64,000 nt of DNA from Raja brachyura (Eukaryota): NCBI GenBank assembly GCA_963514005.1, contig OY740781.1:55614001-55678000 (forward strand). The letters are read 5' to 3'. The position numbers and the translations under genes are program-made. How positions within the stretch are numbered: position 1 is the stretch's first letter; each line of letters begins with the position of its first letter. This document shows positions 1 through 13,298 of the stretch, piece after piece. The notes under the pieces are model-generated. The model saw nothing but the letters and a program-made list of their open reading frames with translations. It did no database searches and was not told the DNA's origin.

Positions 1-503
1 TTAAACAGTTTATCTGATCACCTGCACCCAACTTAGTCTTCCCATATTAGCTTCCAGAACACCCATTTATTTCTCAAAATGCGAAACATTACAGATGCTG
101 CAAACCAGAAATAAACAGAAAATGCTGCTAACTTCCAGTGAGTCTGGCAGCAGCTGTGGATAGAGAAACAGTTCAGATCAGTGCTCGTGTCAAAATGAGG
201 AAAGGGTAAAAACAACATATTTTAAGTGGCAAAGAGAGTGGGGCTGAGATACAGAGAACAAAGAGAAAGTCTTGAATGAGGAACAAAGGAATGTGACAGT
301 GTGAAGTTTAAGATAGTGTGAATATGTAGGTTGAGAGCGCATGAAGGGTCTACAGTTCCCTGAAAATGGAAACCAGAGAAAAGGTAAAGAGGAGGAGATG
401 AATGAAGTCTCAAAAACCACAAGGGAGGAAGAGAAAATATAGTGGTAACCAAAATAGGTTGCTGAGTATATCCCTTTAAATGTGTAATCTTCTCTCATTG
501 TAC

Positions 504-603
504 CTCAAAATTTCCTAGCAAGGAACGACTAATAGAAGGACTTGTGCTGCTTCTTGATGAAAACTTGTTGGATTCTCCTGCAAATGCACTCCGTAGACGT
601 CTC
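504..603 (-). CDS. ATOSB: ATOSB internal coding exon (100 nt), leading into the conserved Atos domain
   Basis: tttgcccttcAG|G AGA CGT...TTT GAG|GTACAA. Encodes RRLRSAFAGESNKFSSRSSTSPSISRSLLGNFE; SRxLLGNFE is the Atos/FAM214 signature. Remaining exons lie beyond the left edge. Confidence 0.92.
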
Positions 604-1609
604 CTGAAGGGCAAATATAAAAGAATATTTTGGTATTCTATGATTAATTTCAGTCAGATAATAGTCTCGTTTGAAATGTTTATTTGTTCAATGTCTTAAA
701 TTCATATTCATTTACATTAATGTAAAATGGAATTAACATGATAAAAGATTTATTTTAATTTCTTCACTATTGAAGTTTCTGGTTATAATCACTCTGGGTT
801 GTGTCACTGGGTCTAGCAGACTTTAAACTGTGAATATGATAAATTGGAAAGCATTTGGAAACAAAGCTGAAGGGGAACCCTTTCAGAAGATGGAAAGGCT
901 ACTTGTGAATTAACTGTGTGACCTGCTAATAAGTGAAGAAAAAAAATCATTACCTTTCTGTTTTCAAGCAAAGAAAGTTGCACTGAATGATATAAGCAAA
1001 TGCCTTTGTCGCCTACTTTGTATGTTCCTTTTGGTCATTCATATGAAGTGCCCAGCTGATTACTTTCTGGCCATCTCTCAGGGAGTTTTTTGTTGTTGTC
1101 ACATTTGAAGTAAGATTACAGTTGTTAAGTCAGATGCAAGGACAGAATTAAAGGACAGAGAGAGACTATCATTTCCTATTATGAGGATCCCAGATCAAAT
1201 AAAAACTTGAAGATTAGAGACAAATGTGTCCGACATGGGTAATTATGGAACTATTTCAGAAGTTTGAAGCTTTCTTCTGTGCACCAATTAATGGTGATCA
1301 ATGTTAATATTAAATATGATATTAATTGATTTAACTTTACCAAAAGGTTAATAAGGCAGAGGGGAAAGACAGCTACATTTTTTAATGAAGTGACAAGCAA
1401 GAGAATTTAAAAAGACTTAAAAACAAAGCTCATGTTCCAATTCTGTCAGTGATCAGCAAAACCATAAACTAATAATTTAATTTACATATTAAACTGATAC
1501 ATTATGTTTTGTTTTAATTCATAGATTACAAGCAGCTAAATAGTTAATGAAAGTAATGCATGATGCACTTTAGAACTTATTCTTTTGAAGAAAATATCAA
1601 AAACACATA

Positions 1610-2830
1610 GCTGCACAGCATAGATCTGGTCCCACAGCATAGTATGGTCCCTCAGCCTATCTTGTCTATGCTAGCTAAATTGATGTACTAGGCTCGTCCC
1701 ACATGCCAGCATTTGACCCATATCCATCTAAACCCTTCCTATCCATACATCTGTCCAGATGTCTTTTAAAAGTCATAATGTTATCTTATTTTACAGCTTC
1801 CTTTGGCAGCTCATTCCAGATATGAAATCAGAGTGAAAATGTTGCCCAGAGGTACCTCTTAAATCTCTCCCCTTTAAGCCTGTGCCCCATAAAATAATCT
1901 ATTCTGGAGGAAATTACTATGAGCATTCACTTTATAATTGCTCCTGATGAACTTGTACACCTCAAAAGGGTCACCTCCTCAGCCTCTTACACCCCAAAGA
2001 AGAATGCTCCAGCCTCTCCAACCTCTTCCTCCAATTCAAGCCCAGGTAACATCCTGGTGAATCATTTCTGTATCCTCTTCAACTTAGGGACATCCTTCCT
2101 ATAGCTGGGTGACCAGAACTGCAAACAATACTCCAAGTGTGGTTTTATCCACAACTTGTACAGCTGCATCATGATGTTCCAACTTCTATACTCAATGCCC
2201 TTCACAATGAAAGCAAGCATGCCAAATGCCTTCTTGATCATCTTATCCATCTGACGCACCACATTCAGGGAACCATTCACCTGTCATTCCAGAACCCTCT
2301 GGTCTATAACACTCTCCAAGGCTCTACCATTTACTATGCAGGTCCTGCCCTGATTTGACAGACTAAAGTGCAATACCTCACACTTGCCAGAATTAAATTC
2401 CATTTGCTACTCCTTGGTCCACCTTCCCAACTGATCTGGATCCTGTTGTAAACTTACATAGGCTTCCTCACTGTCTACTATACTGCCAATATTGGTGTCA
2501 TTTGCAAGTTTAATGACAACGTTAGCAACATGGTCATCCAAATTGTTAAGGTTACAACAAACAGCAGTGGACCCAACACCGCCCACTGTGCCACTCACTC
2601 CACTGGTCACAGGTCTCCAAACAAAAAAACAAAACAAAAAAAACCCTCCACAACTCCCGTTTGACTCATTCTTCAAAAATCTGACCCTTGAGAATATGTG
2701 ATCTAATCTTCCAGATAGCCTACCATGTTGGACTTTCAAGGCTTTGTTAAAATTCACATAGACAACATCCACTGCTCTTCCCTCATCAATCCTCTTGGTT
2801 TCCTCTTCCAAAACAAAAACAATCAAATTG
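1610..2830 (-). mobile_element. Degenerate CR1 LINE 3' fragment, within an ATOSB intron
   Basis: RT-region motifs AVDVVY, KLANDT, PHLEYCLQFWSP in broken ORFs. Confidence 0.85.
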
Positions 2831-3120
2831 ATCAACAAAATGATGAGACAAGTAACAGAGAGCTAAATTAAAGTTGATTAATTCATTAATTCAAATTAAA
2901 CAATCAAACGAAAGCAACAACCTAATGCTAATATGACACAAAGATCACTTCAGTTTCTGGGAAAAAACTAAATAATAGTAACTAAATAATGTTAATAGGA
3001 TAATTTGTCAACCTACATTTCATGGAACTGGATACAGAAACAGGTAGGCTCTGACTTACACAACAATCTTCATTCTTATAACTATGCAGAATTTAAATCA
3101 CAGAAATGTTGGCTACTCAC

Positions 3121-3179
3121 GATTTTAAGCGCAATCCATTCTTTAATCTTCTGGTACCACTGAGGCAATCAGAGGAATT
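3121..3179 (-). CDS. ATOSB: ATOSB internal coding exon (59 nt)
   Basis: ttgccttttcactAG|AATTCC...AAAATC|GTGAGT. Encodes NSSDCLSGTRRLKNGLRLKS (human DPTDCGPMGRRLKGARRLKL). Phase 0 in, phase 2 out, matching both neighbouring exons. Confidence 0.9.
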
Positions 3180-6100
3180 CTAGTGAAAAGGCAAATGCAA
3201 CCATTACATCTTAAACACTTTTTGCCCTCAATGACAGTTTGCCAACAAATGTTACAGAAGGATAATGAAGGCATCGTTTCAGGGAAAGAGCATGGTCATC
3301 AGCAATAGAAATACACAAGAGGTGTGTTAAAGTAGCTGGTGAAAGCATTTGCCATATCAATTAATGTTAAAGGTAAATGGGAATTTAATTCAAAATTTGT
3401 GCTGGAGAGTGGCATATTAATTGCAATTGATTTGGAGCTGTCTGTTAGAATCATGCATTTTATTTTCCTTATGTTTAAAACTTCAGCAATAAGGTCTCTC
3501 GGGAACTTCAACATGAACATTTTTGCAAAGAATTGTATGCTAGATATTTAAGTTAATAAGAAATAGAACTGGTTGATTATAAATGGTTTGGTTAACACAT
3601 TAAAATAATGACACACATGCAATGATTTAGAAGTTTTAAAACAAATAATACTTGTCTACCAAACATCAAAAAGTAACTCCCTAGTAGCAATGATGCAGTC
3701 AGAATATTTTCAAGGATGTAAACATGAAGCCATGGTACTAGAACACTTTGAGGGAGATCAGCTTTAGGTCTACGCCGACACAGCAACAATGGGTTTTTTT
3801 TTTAATTGTCACCAAGAAGTCAGCACAAGGGATATTCATTCCTTCACTCAAAATATTGTTATATAATTAAAACTTTTATTCAGAGCCAAGTTGTTGCCAA
3901 CAAATTGAATTGGTAGTATGGATGTTCCATTGACAATGCTACTGTTAATATTTGTAGTCTTAGATGACCAGCTTTTATTCTGGAAAATATCCTTATTAAT
4001 ATAATGCTGCCTTCAGAACATTAAATATATGTTTTACAAATAGTATGGAAATAACAAGAAAACCTAAATGTCCAACAATAAAATACATGCTCTGTTGGAC
4101 ATAAGTGGGAGACCACATTGTCACAGATTTGTTTCGCTCAGTCTTTTGGTTGAAATATCACCATCAATTCTCCAGTTGATTGCAGGGAGGAAAAAAAGAC
4201 TGTTTGTATTGTTTCGTACTTTGAAATTTGTTTGAAAAAACCCAAGCCTAATTAGGAGTTCGTCAGTAATACAAAAAATAATGCTCGATTTGTTTTTGGT
4301 ATTTATTAAACAAAATCTACACATGAACTCCTGCTGGAACCATATTAGCCAGAGCTCATTAGTTAGTGCTAGTAAACTCGATGGAATTTTATGACAATCT
4401 AATTTCAAGATTGCTGTTAACGAGACAGGCTCTTTTAAAATAAAATACATATATTTAATGACTTAAGTCTGAAATCCTGAGCCGCCAAACGACTTAAATT
4501 CATGTAAAACTAAATATCCAAAACTCTGGCTTCCAGTGTAGTACCTTGCTGCCTTTGTTCCACTGACTAAACTTTGTTGCCTTCCACCTCAGTGAAGAAC
4601 ACTGTGGTGGATGTTTGTGTTAAATTCTATTGTGTATTGTGTGTTTTTTTCAACTGTATCGCTGCATGGCAAATTCATTTCACTGTACCTTAATTTGGTG
4701 CATGTGACAAATAAATTTGATTTTGACTTTTCTGTATCAGTCAACTGAAGACTGGATTAGCAGAATCACAACACCAAGATACTTGACGAGGTGCGAAAAA
4801 TGACGACTTAATAGAATCGAGCCTCATCATTCATTTAAAAACCCACCTTATGTCTAAGGTTACTTCTACTGAAGGACAACATGCATCAAAGGTTCAACAT
4901 AGAACTGAGGACATGCATGCAGCCAAGGGACAAAACCCTAGCACATGCTAAAGGTGATAATACCATTACAATCAACCATGCAACTTAATTACCAAAAATT
5001 CTAATGCAAAGTGAAATGTATTGCTTCACAGGTGCCTTACAGAGAAACATATTGATTAAGCAGGGCACTGGTTGTCGGTTTTGGCTTGCACTGTCGGTCT
5101 TGGCTCTTTCAAAGAGATGAACAATTTAATACTCTGCTCAATTTTTTGTAATAACTTTGTTCTTTTATGTCTTATTTTGAAATTTTCTTCAGATTCTGGT
5201 TCATCAGGTTTCAAATAGAGTCTTTAACAGCACTCTGCAAGAATTGCTTTTCATTCCCCTCTAGTTATTTTGCAATGATTTAAAACGAGCAGCCAATGGA
5301 CAGACTTCCAGATGAACTCAAAATACTGAATTAGGCTAGCAATGAGAATTTTAAACTAAAAAAAGGTGTGGGATTTGGAATGATGGAGTGCAGACAAGGG
5401 GCATTATGCATTCAAAGAAAAAAATGTCAAGACCATGAAGCAAAGTGGCAACTTGGACAACAAGCAGAATGTTAAGGGAACAGTGAATTTAATGGTGCAC
5501 AGTGAAAATGAGGTCAAATGTAAAACTAACAGTAACAAGCTAAAATTACAATAACTTTATCTGAATGCAGACCAAAAGAGGGAGGACATGAACATGCCAG
5601 CTGACATGAAGACAGTGGTGACGTTGATCTTGACACAGCCAACCAGATGGACAGATAAGATATAGTAAATGATGGAAAATAAATGGTGTGGTAGTAAATT
5701 ATCAGCCCCGAGGTAATAGCCATAAAATAAATAAGCTTGGATACTGAAATTTGTCAGCTTTTAAGAGGCATTTCGTCACATTCTTTAAAGTTTTAGGGTG
5801 AACATGCGCAGATTTTCTTTTTAGAAGATTACTGGGTCAAAAGCCTTTGTTTTTCCCCTCGTTATGCATGCCCTTGGAAATAAAAGGAATTTATAACAAA
5901 AGATTACAGAATAACTATGCTATGGAGTGCAGCATGGATGAGGGATTCCAGCTTCATACAAATTGAAAAAAATCCAATTAGCACACATAGTTCAAGATCT
6001 TATTGAATGCATTCACAGCAGGTATTCAGAGCAATCCGTCAAGGAACAACATCAAATCTTATCTTGATAGGATTAATTAACAGTATCATTATGATCACTT

Positions 6101-6803
6101 TTATCTAGCAGATCCTCTAATGGAATCAGACCTTGGTTTGCGACTATTTATAATCGATATGAACAACCTGGAGAGGAACAGAAAGTAATGTTTGCAAAAT
6201 TTCAGACAGTATTTAGCTGGGAAGGAATTCATGCTTTCGAGAAAGCAAAAGCAACAGAGGAAGGCTGACAGATTAAATCTGGGCAAATGACTGGAGCATA
6301 AATGTAAATTTACAAGTAGAACATTATTCATTTTGCCAGAGTACATTAAAAATAAAGACACATGGAATATAAACTTTGGTGCAGTCATACTTGTTTAGTT
6401 ATTATTATCAGATAAGATATCCTTCATCAATTATCTGGAATTAATTCCAGTTTTCCTATAATACGAGTCTGCGGTCATGACAAATGACATTTTCTATCAA
6501 GGACTAACTATGTGGATTTCATTTTTATACTACGCACTATAATTTACTGATGGTGTATCCCCTGTGTAAATTAGTTATCAATTAGTGTTTTGCAATTGTA
6601 AATTAGTTATCAATTCGTGTTTTCCTAACCAGATGTGAGATTAGGGGTGGGCACGAGAGGGGAGCTGAAGAACCAATTGGATTTTATTTTGTGGCCAATA
6701 TTTAATAATATCTTAAAGGCTGAGCATTAATGAGTGCTTTTGAACTAAAAGCAGTTAGAAAATGTAATATCATTGCTCAATAAAAATATTAGTCATTACA
6801 AAC

Positions 6804-7838
6804 CTTCAATGCATCCCTTGATGGAAGTAAGTGATTCCAGAAAGGTGCTGCTTTGGCATCAGTACTTCTGCATGAAACTGGGATGGAATTAGTTAACTGA
6901 ATCCTACATTTCTTTGCAACAGAAGGGATTTCATCCCCCGAGCACATATCTTTCCCTATTGCATTTGTTGGTGATAGCAGCTTCCGTTTTGCTGTACATC
7001 TGACAGAGATTGTACTTGAGTGTCCTAAAGAAGAAGGCGTTTTCTCAGATGATAGCAGTCCAGCGCTGTTAATAGGTTGAACGTCTTTCTCAGAGGATGG
7101 TGTTGTTGGCACCACTTTATTTCTATGTGAGCCAGTCTCACCATCTTCTGCCAGAACGCTGTCCTGGGAGTCTTTATGTTCAATAACATGCAAACCACTG
7201 TGGGAAAAGTGTTGTGCGGAACCATGCACAATTGGTTCTTCATTATGGAAACTAACACCTTGTTGATCTGGATAGTCACTTGTCTTTTCTATGCTTTTTT
7301 CAGAAAGATGACCATTATCAGTTCCACAATGAGATGCATTTCGACTTTCAGTCAACGTGGCAGAATTCCTGCAGTGCACGTGGATTCTTTCCTCATTGAG
7401 TTCAAGTTCAAGATCTGGATGAAGTTCAGTTACACTTCTTTTAAAACCCCGTTTGCCGTTTCTCTGTTCCAAACTACTTGAAGAATTAGAAAGGTGAGAA
7501 AATATTGAAAGTTGATACACTTTTTGAATTCTAACCTCATTCTCGCTATACCCTGCCAAAATTCCTCTTTCAGGGATGACGTCACTTGACTCCAAGCGAT
7601 AGTCGCTCATTGGTGCATCTTGAAAACTCCCATCTGCCTGGCTTGTAGCCTGCCGAGACAAGTTGTTAGACTGCTCTTTCTGAGAAGTCTCCAGATGCAT
7701 GTGCCTCATGGACTGTTGTATCTTACACCACAGAAATTTGGAAATCCAAGGGCAGAAAAAAGTATGTATTTTGCAACGATGCGAGTTATTCCTCATGAAG
7801 ATGAACCAATCGTGCCTTTCTCGATTCCCCTCTGACAT
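6804..7838 (-). CDS. ATOSB: Atos homolog B (FAM214B), large first coding exon (exon spans 7843-6804)
   Basis: The 349-aa ORF contains motifs matching human ATOSB as I recall it: MRHMHLE (MRHVQAE), GILAGYS, VYQLSIFS, QHFSHSGLHVIE, KRKLL, DAKAAPFWNHLLP. Acceptor ttcaactttttcAG precedes 7843; phase-0 donor AAG|GTTTGT follows 6804. The ATG equivalent to the human start is at 7709. Confidence 0.92.
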
Positions 7839-7967
7839 AGCATCTGAAAAAGTTGAAGAATAAATTTATTGCAATTTATTTGTAGGTGTGCTCATAATTA
7901 TCACACAATATAGTTAGTATTATCACAAGCAAAGGTAAACAAAGCTCCCAGATTTCTAAATCTGGGA

Positions 7968-8272
7968 GGCACAGTGGCATAGCGGTATAGTTGCTGCCTT
8001 ACAGCGCCAGAGACCCAGGTTCAATCCTGATTACTGGTGCTGTCAATATTGAGTTTGTACGTTCTCCCCATGACTTGTGTGGGTTTTCTCCGAGATCTTC
8101 GGTTTCCTCTCACACACCAAAGATGTACAGGTATGTAGATTAATTGCTTGGTATTAATGTAAAGGGCCGAATGGCATACTCCTGCACCTATTGTCTAGTG
8201 TGTGTAGGATAGTGTTAGTGTGCAGGCTCGTTGGTCGGTGCGGACTCAGTGGGCCGAAAGGCCCATTTACAC
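7968..8272 (+). mobile_element. tRNA-derived V-SINE (HE1-like)
   Basis: A-box TGGCATAGCGG, B-box GGTTCAATCC, V-domain GGGTTTTCTCCG..CGGTTTCCTC, CR1-type tail GGGCCGAA.GGCC. Confidence 0.85.
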
Positions 8273-8389
8273 TAAATTATAAACTGAAGAAATGTATTTA
8301 AGGTGGTTTATGCTCTCGGATTCTACAAGTTAGAACAGGGGAGGTTGAAGAATATGCAAGAGGTTAAAAACAAAGAATCAGTGTACATG

Positions 8390-9060
8390 GAGCACAGAAT
8401 ACAAAACAGGGACATAATGCTGAGGATCTATAAGGCGCTGGTCAGGCCACATTTGGAGTATTGTGAGCAATATTGGGGCACCATCTCGGAGGATATGCTC
8501 AGATCCTGAGGAGAGGGTCCAGAGGTGGTCTGCAAAAATGATCCCAAGAATGAGTGGGTAACATATGATGAGCGTTTGACAGCCCTGGGCCTGTACTCGC
8601 TGGAATTTAGAAAGATGAGGGGGGATCTTATTGAAACTTACCGAATTATGAAAGGCTTGGATAGAGTGGATGTGGAGAGGATGTTTCCACCAGTGGGAGA
8701 GTCTAGGACCAGAGGTCATTGCCTCAGAATTAAAGGATGTTCCTTTAGAAAAGAGATGGAGGAATTTATTTCGTCAGCGGGTGGTGAATCTGTGGTGAAA
8801 CTGAATCTGTGGAATTCTTTGCCACAAAAGGCTGTGATGGGCGTCAATCGATATTTTCTGAGGCAAAGATAAATAGATTCTTGCTTAGTATGGATGTCAG
8901 GGGTTATGGGGAGAGGACAGGAGTATGGGTTGAGGAAGGAGAGATAGATAAGCCATAGATAAATCTGAAGAAGGGTCTCGACCGAAAACGTCACCCATGA
9001 TTGAATGGCCGAGTAGGCGATGGGCCAAATGGCCTAATTCTGATTCTATCACTTATGACC
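8390..9060 (+). mobile_element. CR1 LINE 3' end
   Basis: RPHLEYC, LGLYSLEFRKMRGDLIETY, RTRGH, LWNSLP, and a CR1 3' UTR. Confidence 0.9.
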
Positions 9061-12000
9061 TTCATCTCAGCCTTGTGGCAATGACAAAATCCTTTTAACA
9101 ATAAGATAAAATAGCCAGTAACAACCAATTCATGCAGAACAACAACTATTTCGTTGACTGTTCTCTGGAAATAAGCAAATGAGGGAAAGATAGATTGACA
9201 TTCAAGTCAGAAACTTTTCAAAAACAATTCCCAATATTCCAGGATACAGAAAAACTTAGATCACTCATTTCCCTACTATTCACCTCATTGGATGCATTAA
9301 GATTAAAAAAAAGGAATAATATGCTGGTGCATCATAAATATCCATTTAATTTGTTCTGAAATTTATGTTCCCAAATGTAATAAATTTATTTAGCTAATGT
9401 TGGAAGCAATTTACAAGACAATAAAAATGGTTGAGCGAACAGAAATAGCTTAAAATTACAGAAAAGTAAAATAACCACACTCTGACTTGAGCATTATAAC
9501 ATGTAAAGAGAGATGAGAGATTAGAGAGGCCCAAAATAGCAACAGAATGTCAAAAATGCTTCGCATCATACAACCCGAATTTAGGAAGAGCACCAGTTTG
9601 GACATTAGTCATTCAGCAACGCTGCTAGACTCTGCTATGATACTGTCGAGACCCTTTTCCAAAATAGTTATTAACTGGAAACAGAACATAAAAACAGGCA
9701 TTCTGATCTGTACCCAAAAGGTACAGGAAATCTCACTTGCTCAAAAGTGGGGAAAATGCCCTCATTTGTATTAGTAATCTTTAAAGAGTTAAATTGTTCA
9801 GAATTTTGTGATGGTCTTCTACATAAATGAAATAATAGAATAAACAGAATCCTTTGATTACAAAATTATTCAGTCAAAAAGAGAAGCATCTCCAAAAACC
9901 AATAACAGAATATTGACAGTATATTCTCTTTTTATGAGCAGCCCTGCCCAGCAACTTGTAATTTGAGAACAAGGCAAGTGGAAAACAAGTTTAGTTTTTG
10001 GCCTCTCACCAATTCTGTGAATGCTTGGCCTGCTTTCATTTTCTTCATATGGAACTGATAATACAAAAGGGTTCAGGATTAAAAGATAATGGCAGGATTT
10101 TACACAATTTGACAGTGTCCAGTTCATCAACGATGCCACATTTAGATTGAAATTAGAAATGGAATTTGTTTCCAGCTGACTAAAAAATTCTATTTGTGGA
10201 GCTTCATGGCAAAGGCTATGATTAAGTGCCTTTTAAGGATCGTTGTCTACATTGGAGACAACAGACAGGCAAAAGGAAGTTAAATAAAATATAAATGTCT
10301 CACCACCAAAAAATAAATACAATGCCACATCTTAATCAATTACTTGACATCCTTGAAACTTTTAAGGTAAATTAGTTTACAATAACATTCAGATAAAGTT
10401 TCCTACCATCCCCTACTCTACTAAAAGTTCTAAAAATACAGTTTAACAGCTTGCACTCATATCACACTTTCAATTTTGCAAATATCACAAGGTATTTCAC
10501 TTTAGGAGAAAAACTAGGTTTTGAACATACCAAACATTTGGTAAAGAATTCGGAAAGACGAAATGACAAAAAGACGAATTGCCAAAAAGTGTAGAGTTTA
10601 ATACTTTGTCATAAGTGTAAATTATATTGGTGGTGGTGATGATGATGATGATGATGGGGGGGGAAGAAAGAGGGGGATTGTATGCAGGAAAATCAGTCTG
10701 GAGAGTGATGGGGAAAAAAAAGTTAAATGGCCAGAATAGGCAGGAGCATGGCAGGGAGCAAGGAAGGACTGTTGGTTTGAATGGCAGTTATTTTAATGCA
10801 AGAGGCCTGACAGGCAAGGCAGATTAACTCAGGGAGTGGATAGGTATGTACGACTGGAACGTTGAATCCATTACAAAAACCTTGTTAAGAGAGTGATGAG
10901 ACTAACAGCTTAATGTTCCGTGTCACAGATGCGACAGGAGAGATAGGGTGCGGGTTACAGAGCAGGGGGTGTTGCTTTATTGATTAAGGAGAATGTCACT
11001 GCAGTAGTCAGAGATCACATTATTGATGGTTTGTTCCGTGAGACTATATGAGTGGAGTTGAAAAATTAAAAAAGCATGATCACCTTCTCGGAAGTGCACT
11101 ACTGCTCCCCAAAATAGTCAACAGAAATTAGAAGAGCAAATATGCCAGGAGATTGCAAGCAGCTACAGGACTAATAAGGTTGTCATAATAGGGGATTAAC
11201 TTTTCCGATGTAGAGTGGGACTGTCTTATAGCAAAAGGTTCATACAGGGCAGAATTTGTCAAATGTGTTCAGGTAAGTTTCCTCGGGCAACAGGTAAAGG
11301 GCCCTACAGGGGAGAGGGCAATGCTTGATCTAGTCTTAGGAAAATGGGAGTGGCAAGTGAATGGATGAGGCTTTGGTTTTAACATAGTTATGGATAAAGA
11401 CAGAGTGGGCTCACGTTAAAATTCTAAATTGGGGCACGACCAACTTCCATGGCATGAAACAGAAACTCGCTCAAGTTGATGGCAGAGGAATGGTCAGGAA
11501 AGTGGGATGTTTTTAAAAAGTGTAATGGATGGAGTTCAGGGCATGCATGTTTCTGTTCGAGTGAAGACCAAACAGGTGGGCTTAGGAAGCTTGGATGATG
11601 ACAAGATAAATTGAAGCTCTGATCAAGGAAAAGGAGGCATGGGACAGATGTAGGCAGCTGGGATCAAATGGATCCCTGGAGCTTTGGCAACTGAACACAC
11701 TAAAGGAGGGAATCAGGAGGGCAAAAACAGGGTAGGTGATAGTTCTGGCAGATAATATTAAGGATAATCCAAAGAGATTTTATGTACATTAAGCATAGCC
11801 AGAGAGAGAATGGGATCCCTCAGGAATCAAAGTGGTTATCTCTGTGTGGAGCAACAGGAGATGGGCAAGGCCTTCAATGAGTATTTCTCCTCTAGTTTTA
11901 CCGTGGAGAAGGACATAAAGACCAAGGAACCTAGGACCAAGGCAGTCTATGGAAGTGCCTTGAGGGCAGTCAGTATTAGGTGGTGCTGAATGCCCTACGT

Positions 12001-12645
12001 GTACAAAGGTAGACAAATCTGTCAGGCCTGACCAGATATATCTGAGGACACTGTGGGTGGGCAGCTATAGAGAAAATTGCAGGTGCCCTGGCAGAGATTA
12101 ATGAGTCATCATTAAATACAGGTGACGTGCTGGAAGACTGGAGGGTGGCAAATGTTGTGTCTCAATTTAATAAGGGGTACAAGGAGAAACCTGGGATCTA
12201 TAAGCCAGAGATTCTAACATCTGTGGTTGCAATGTTACTAGAGAATATTCTGAGGAATTATATATATGCATTTAGATGGACAAGGGCTGATTAGAGATAG
12301 TCAGCATAGTTTTGTATGTGGAATCATGTCTCATGAATCTGATTTAGTTTTTTGTAGAAGTGACAACATGGTTAATGAGGGCAGAGCTGCAGACATTGAA
12401 TATATGGATTTCAGCAAGGCATTTGACAAGGTTCCACATGGTAGGCTGCTCTGGAAGGTTAGATCGGATGAGATTCTGGGAGAGCTAGCATTCGGATAGA
12501 AAGCTGGCTTGATGGAGGAATCAGGGGGTGATGGTGGAAGGTTGTTTTTCAGACTGGAAGCCTGTGATTCATGGTGTACCTTAAGGATTACTGCTGGGCT
12601 CACTGTTGTTTGTTGTTTATATCAAAGATTTGGATGAGAACGTGC

Positions 12646-13008
12646 AGTGTTTCTGGCTGCGGCGGGAACTTTAAATCTATGACCGCCGGCCTGTGGACTA
12701 CACCAGCCTGAAGCCGCGGTCTCCGGTGGGGAGGCACTGATTCAGGACTTACCTTGACTTTTTACCTTGTCTGCAATTCTGGACGCCCGCAGCAACGGCT
12801 GAGGAGGGTTGAGGACGCATCCACGGGGGAAAATGGAGGAGGACTGGCCACATTTTGTGCCTTCCACCACGGTGATGAATGCTGTGGTGGATGTTTGTGT
12901 TAAATTTTTATTGTGTGTTCTTTATCATTGTACCGCTGCTGGCAAATTCATTTAACGTGCACTTTATGTGAAATGTGACGAAAAAAAACAATGTACAATT
13001 GTATTGTA
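12646..13008 (+). mobile_element. GC-rich short retroposon with AATAAA/(ATTGT)n-type tail; related pieces at 4578-4716 and 35770-36160
   Basis: Segment GCCTTCCACC..GCTGTGGTGGATGTTTGTGTTAAATT is shared with 4578-4716 and, more diverged, with ~35990-36050. Interrupts a CR1. Confidence 0.6.
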
Positions 13009-13018
13009 CAAGACATGA

Positions 13019-13298
13019 CATGAGAATTGAGGGACAGAAGTTTATGGATAACATGAGGGGGAACTTCTTTACTCAGAGAGTGGTGGCTGTGTGGAATGAT
13101 CTTCCGGCAGAAGTGGTGGAGGCAGGATCGATTTTAACATTTAAAAGTAAATTGGATAGGTATATGGACGGGAAGGGAATGGAGGGGTGTGGTCTGAGTG
13201 CAGGTAGATGGGACTAGGGGAATATAAATGGTCGGCACGGACTGGAAGGGCCGAGAAGGCCCGTTTCCGTGCTGTAATTGTTATATGGTTATATGGTT
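13019..13298 (+). mobile_element. Short 5'-truncated CR1 3' end with (TTATATGG)n tail
   Basis: FFTQRVVAVWNDLP; flanked by AAGACATGA direct repeats (13010-13018, 13299-13307). Confidence 0.8.

Noticed and set aside
6789-6803. ORF end VCND* as the true ATOSB C-terminus
   Set aside because: This is read-through into the intron; the frame continues via the donor after 6804 into exon 3179-3121.
7968-8040. tRNA-like sequence
   Set aside because: It is the head of a V-SINE, not a tRNA gene.
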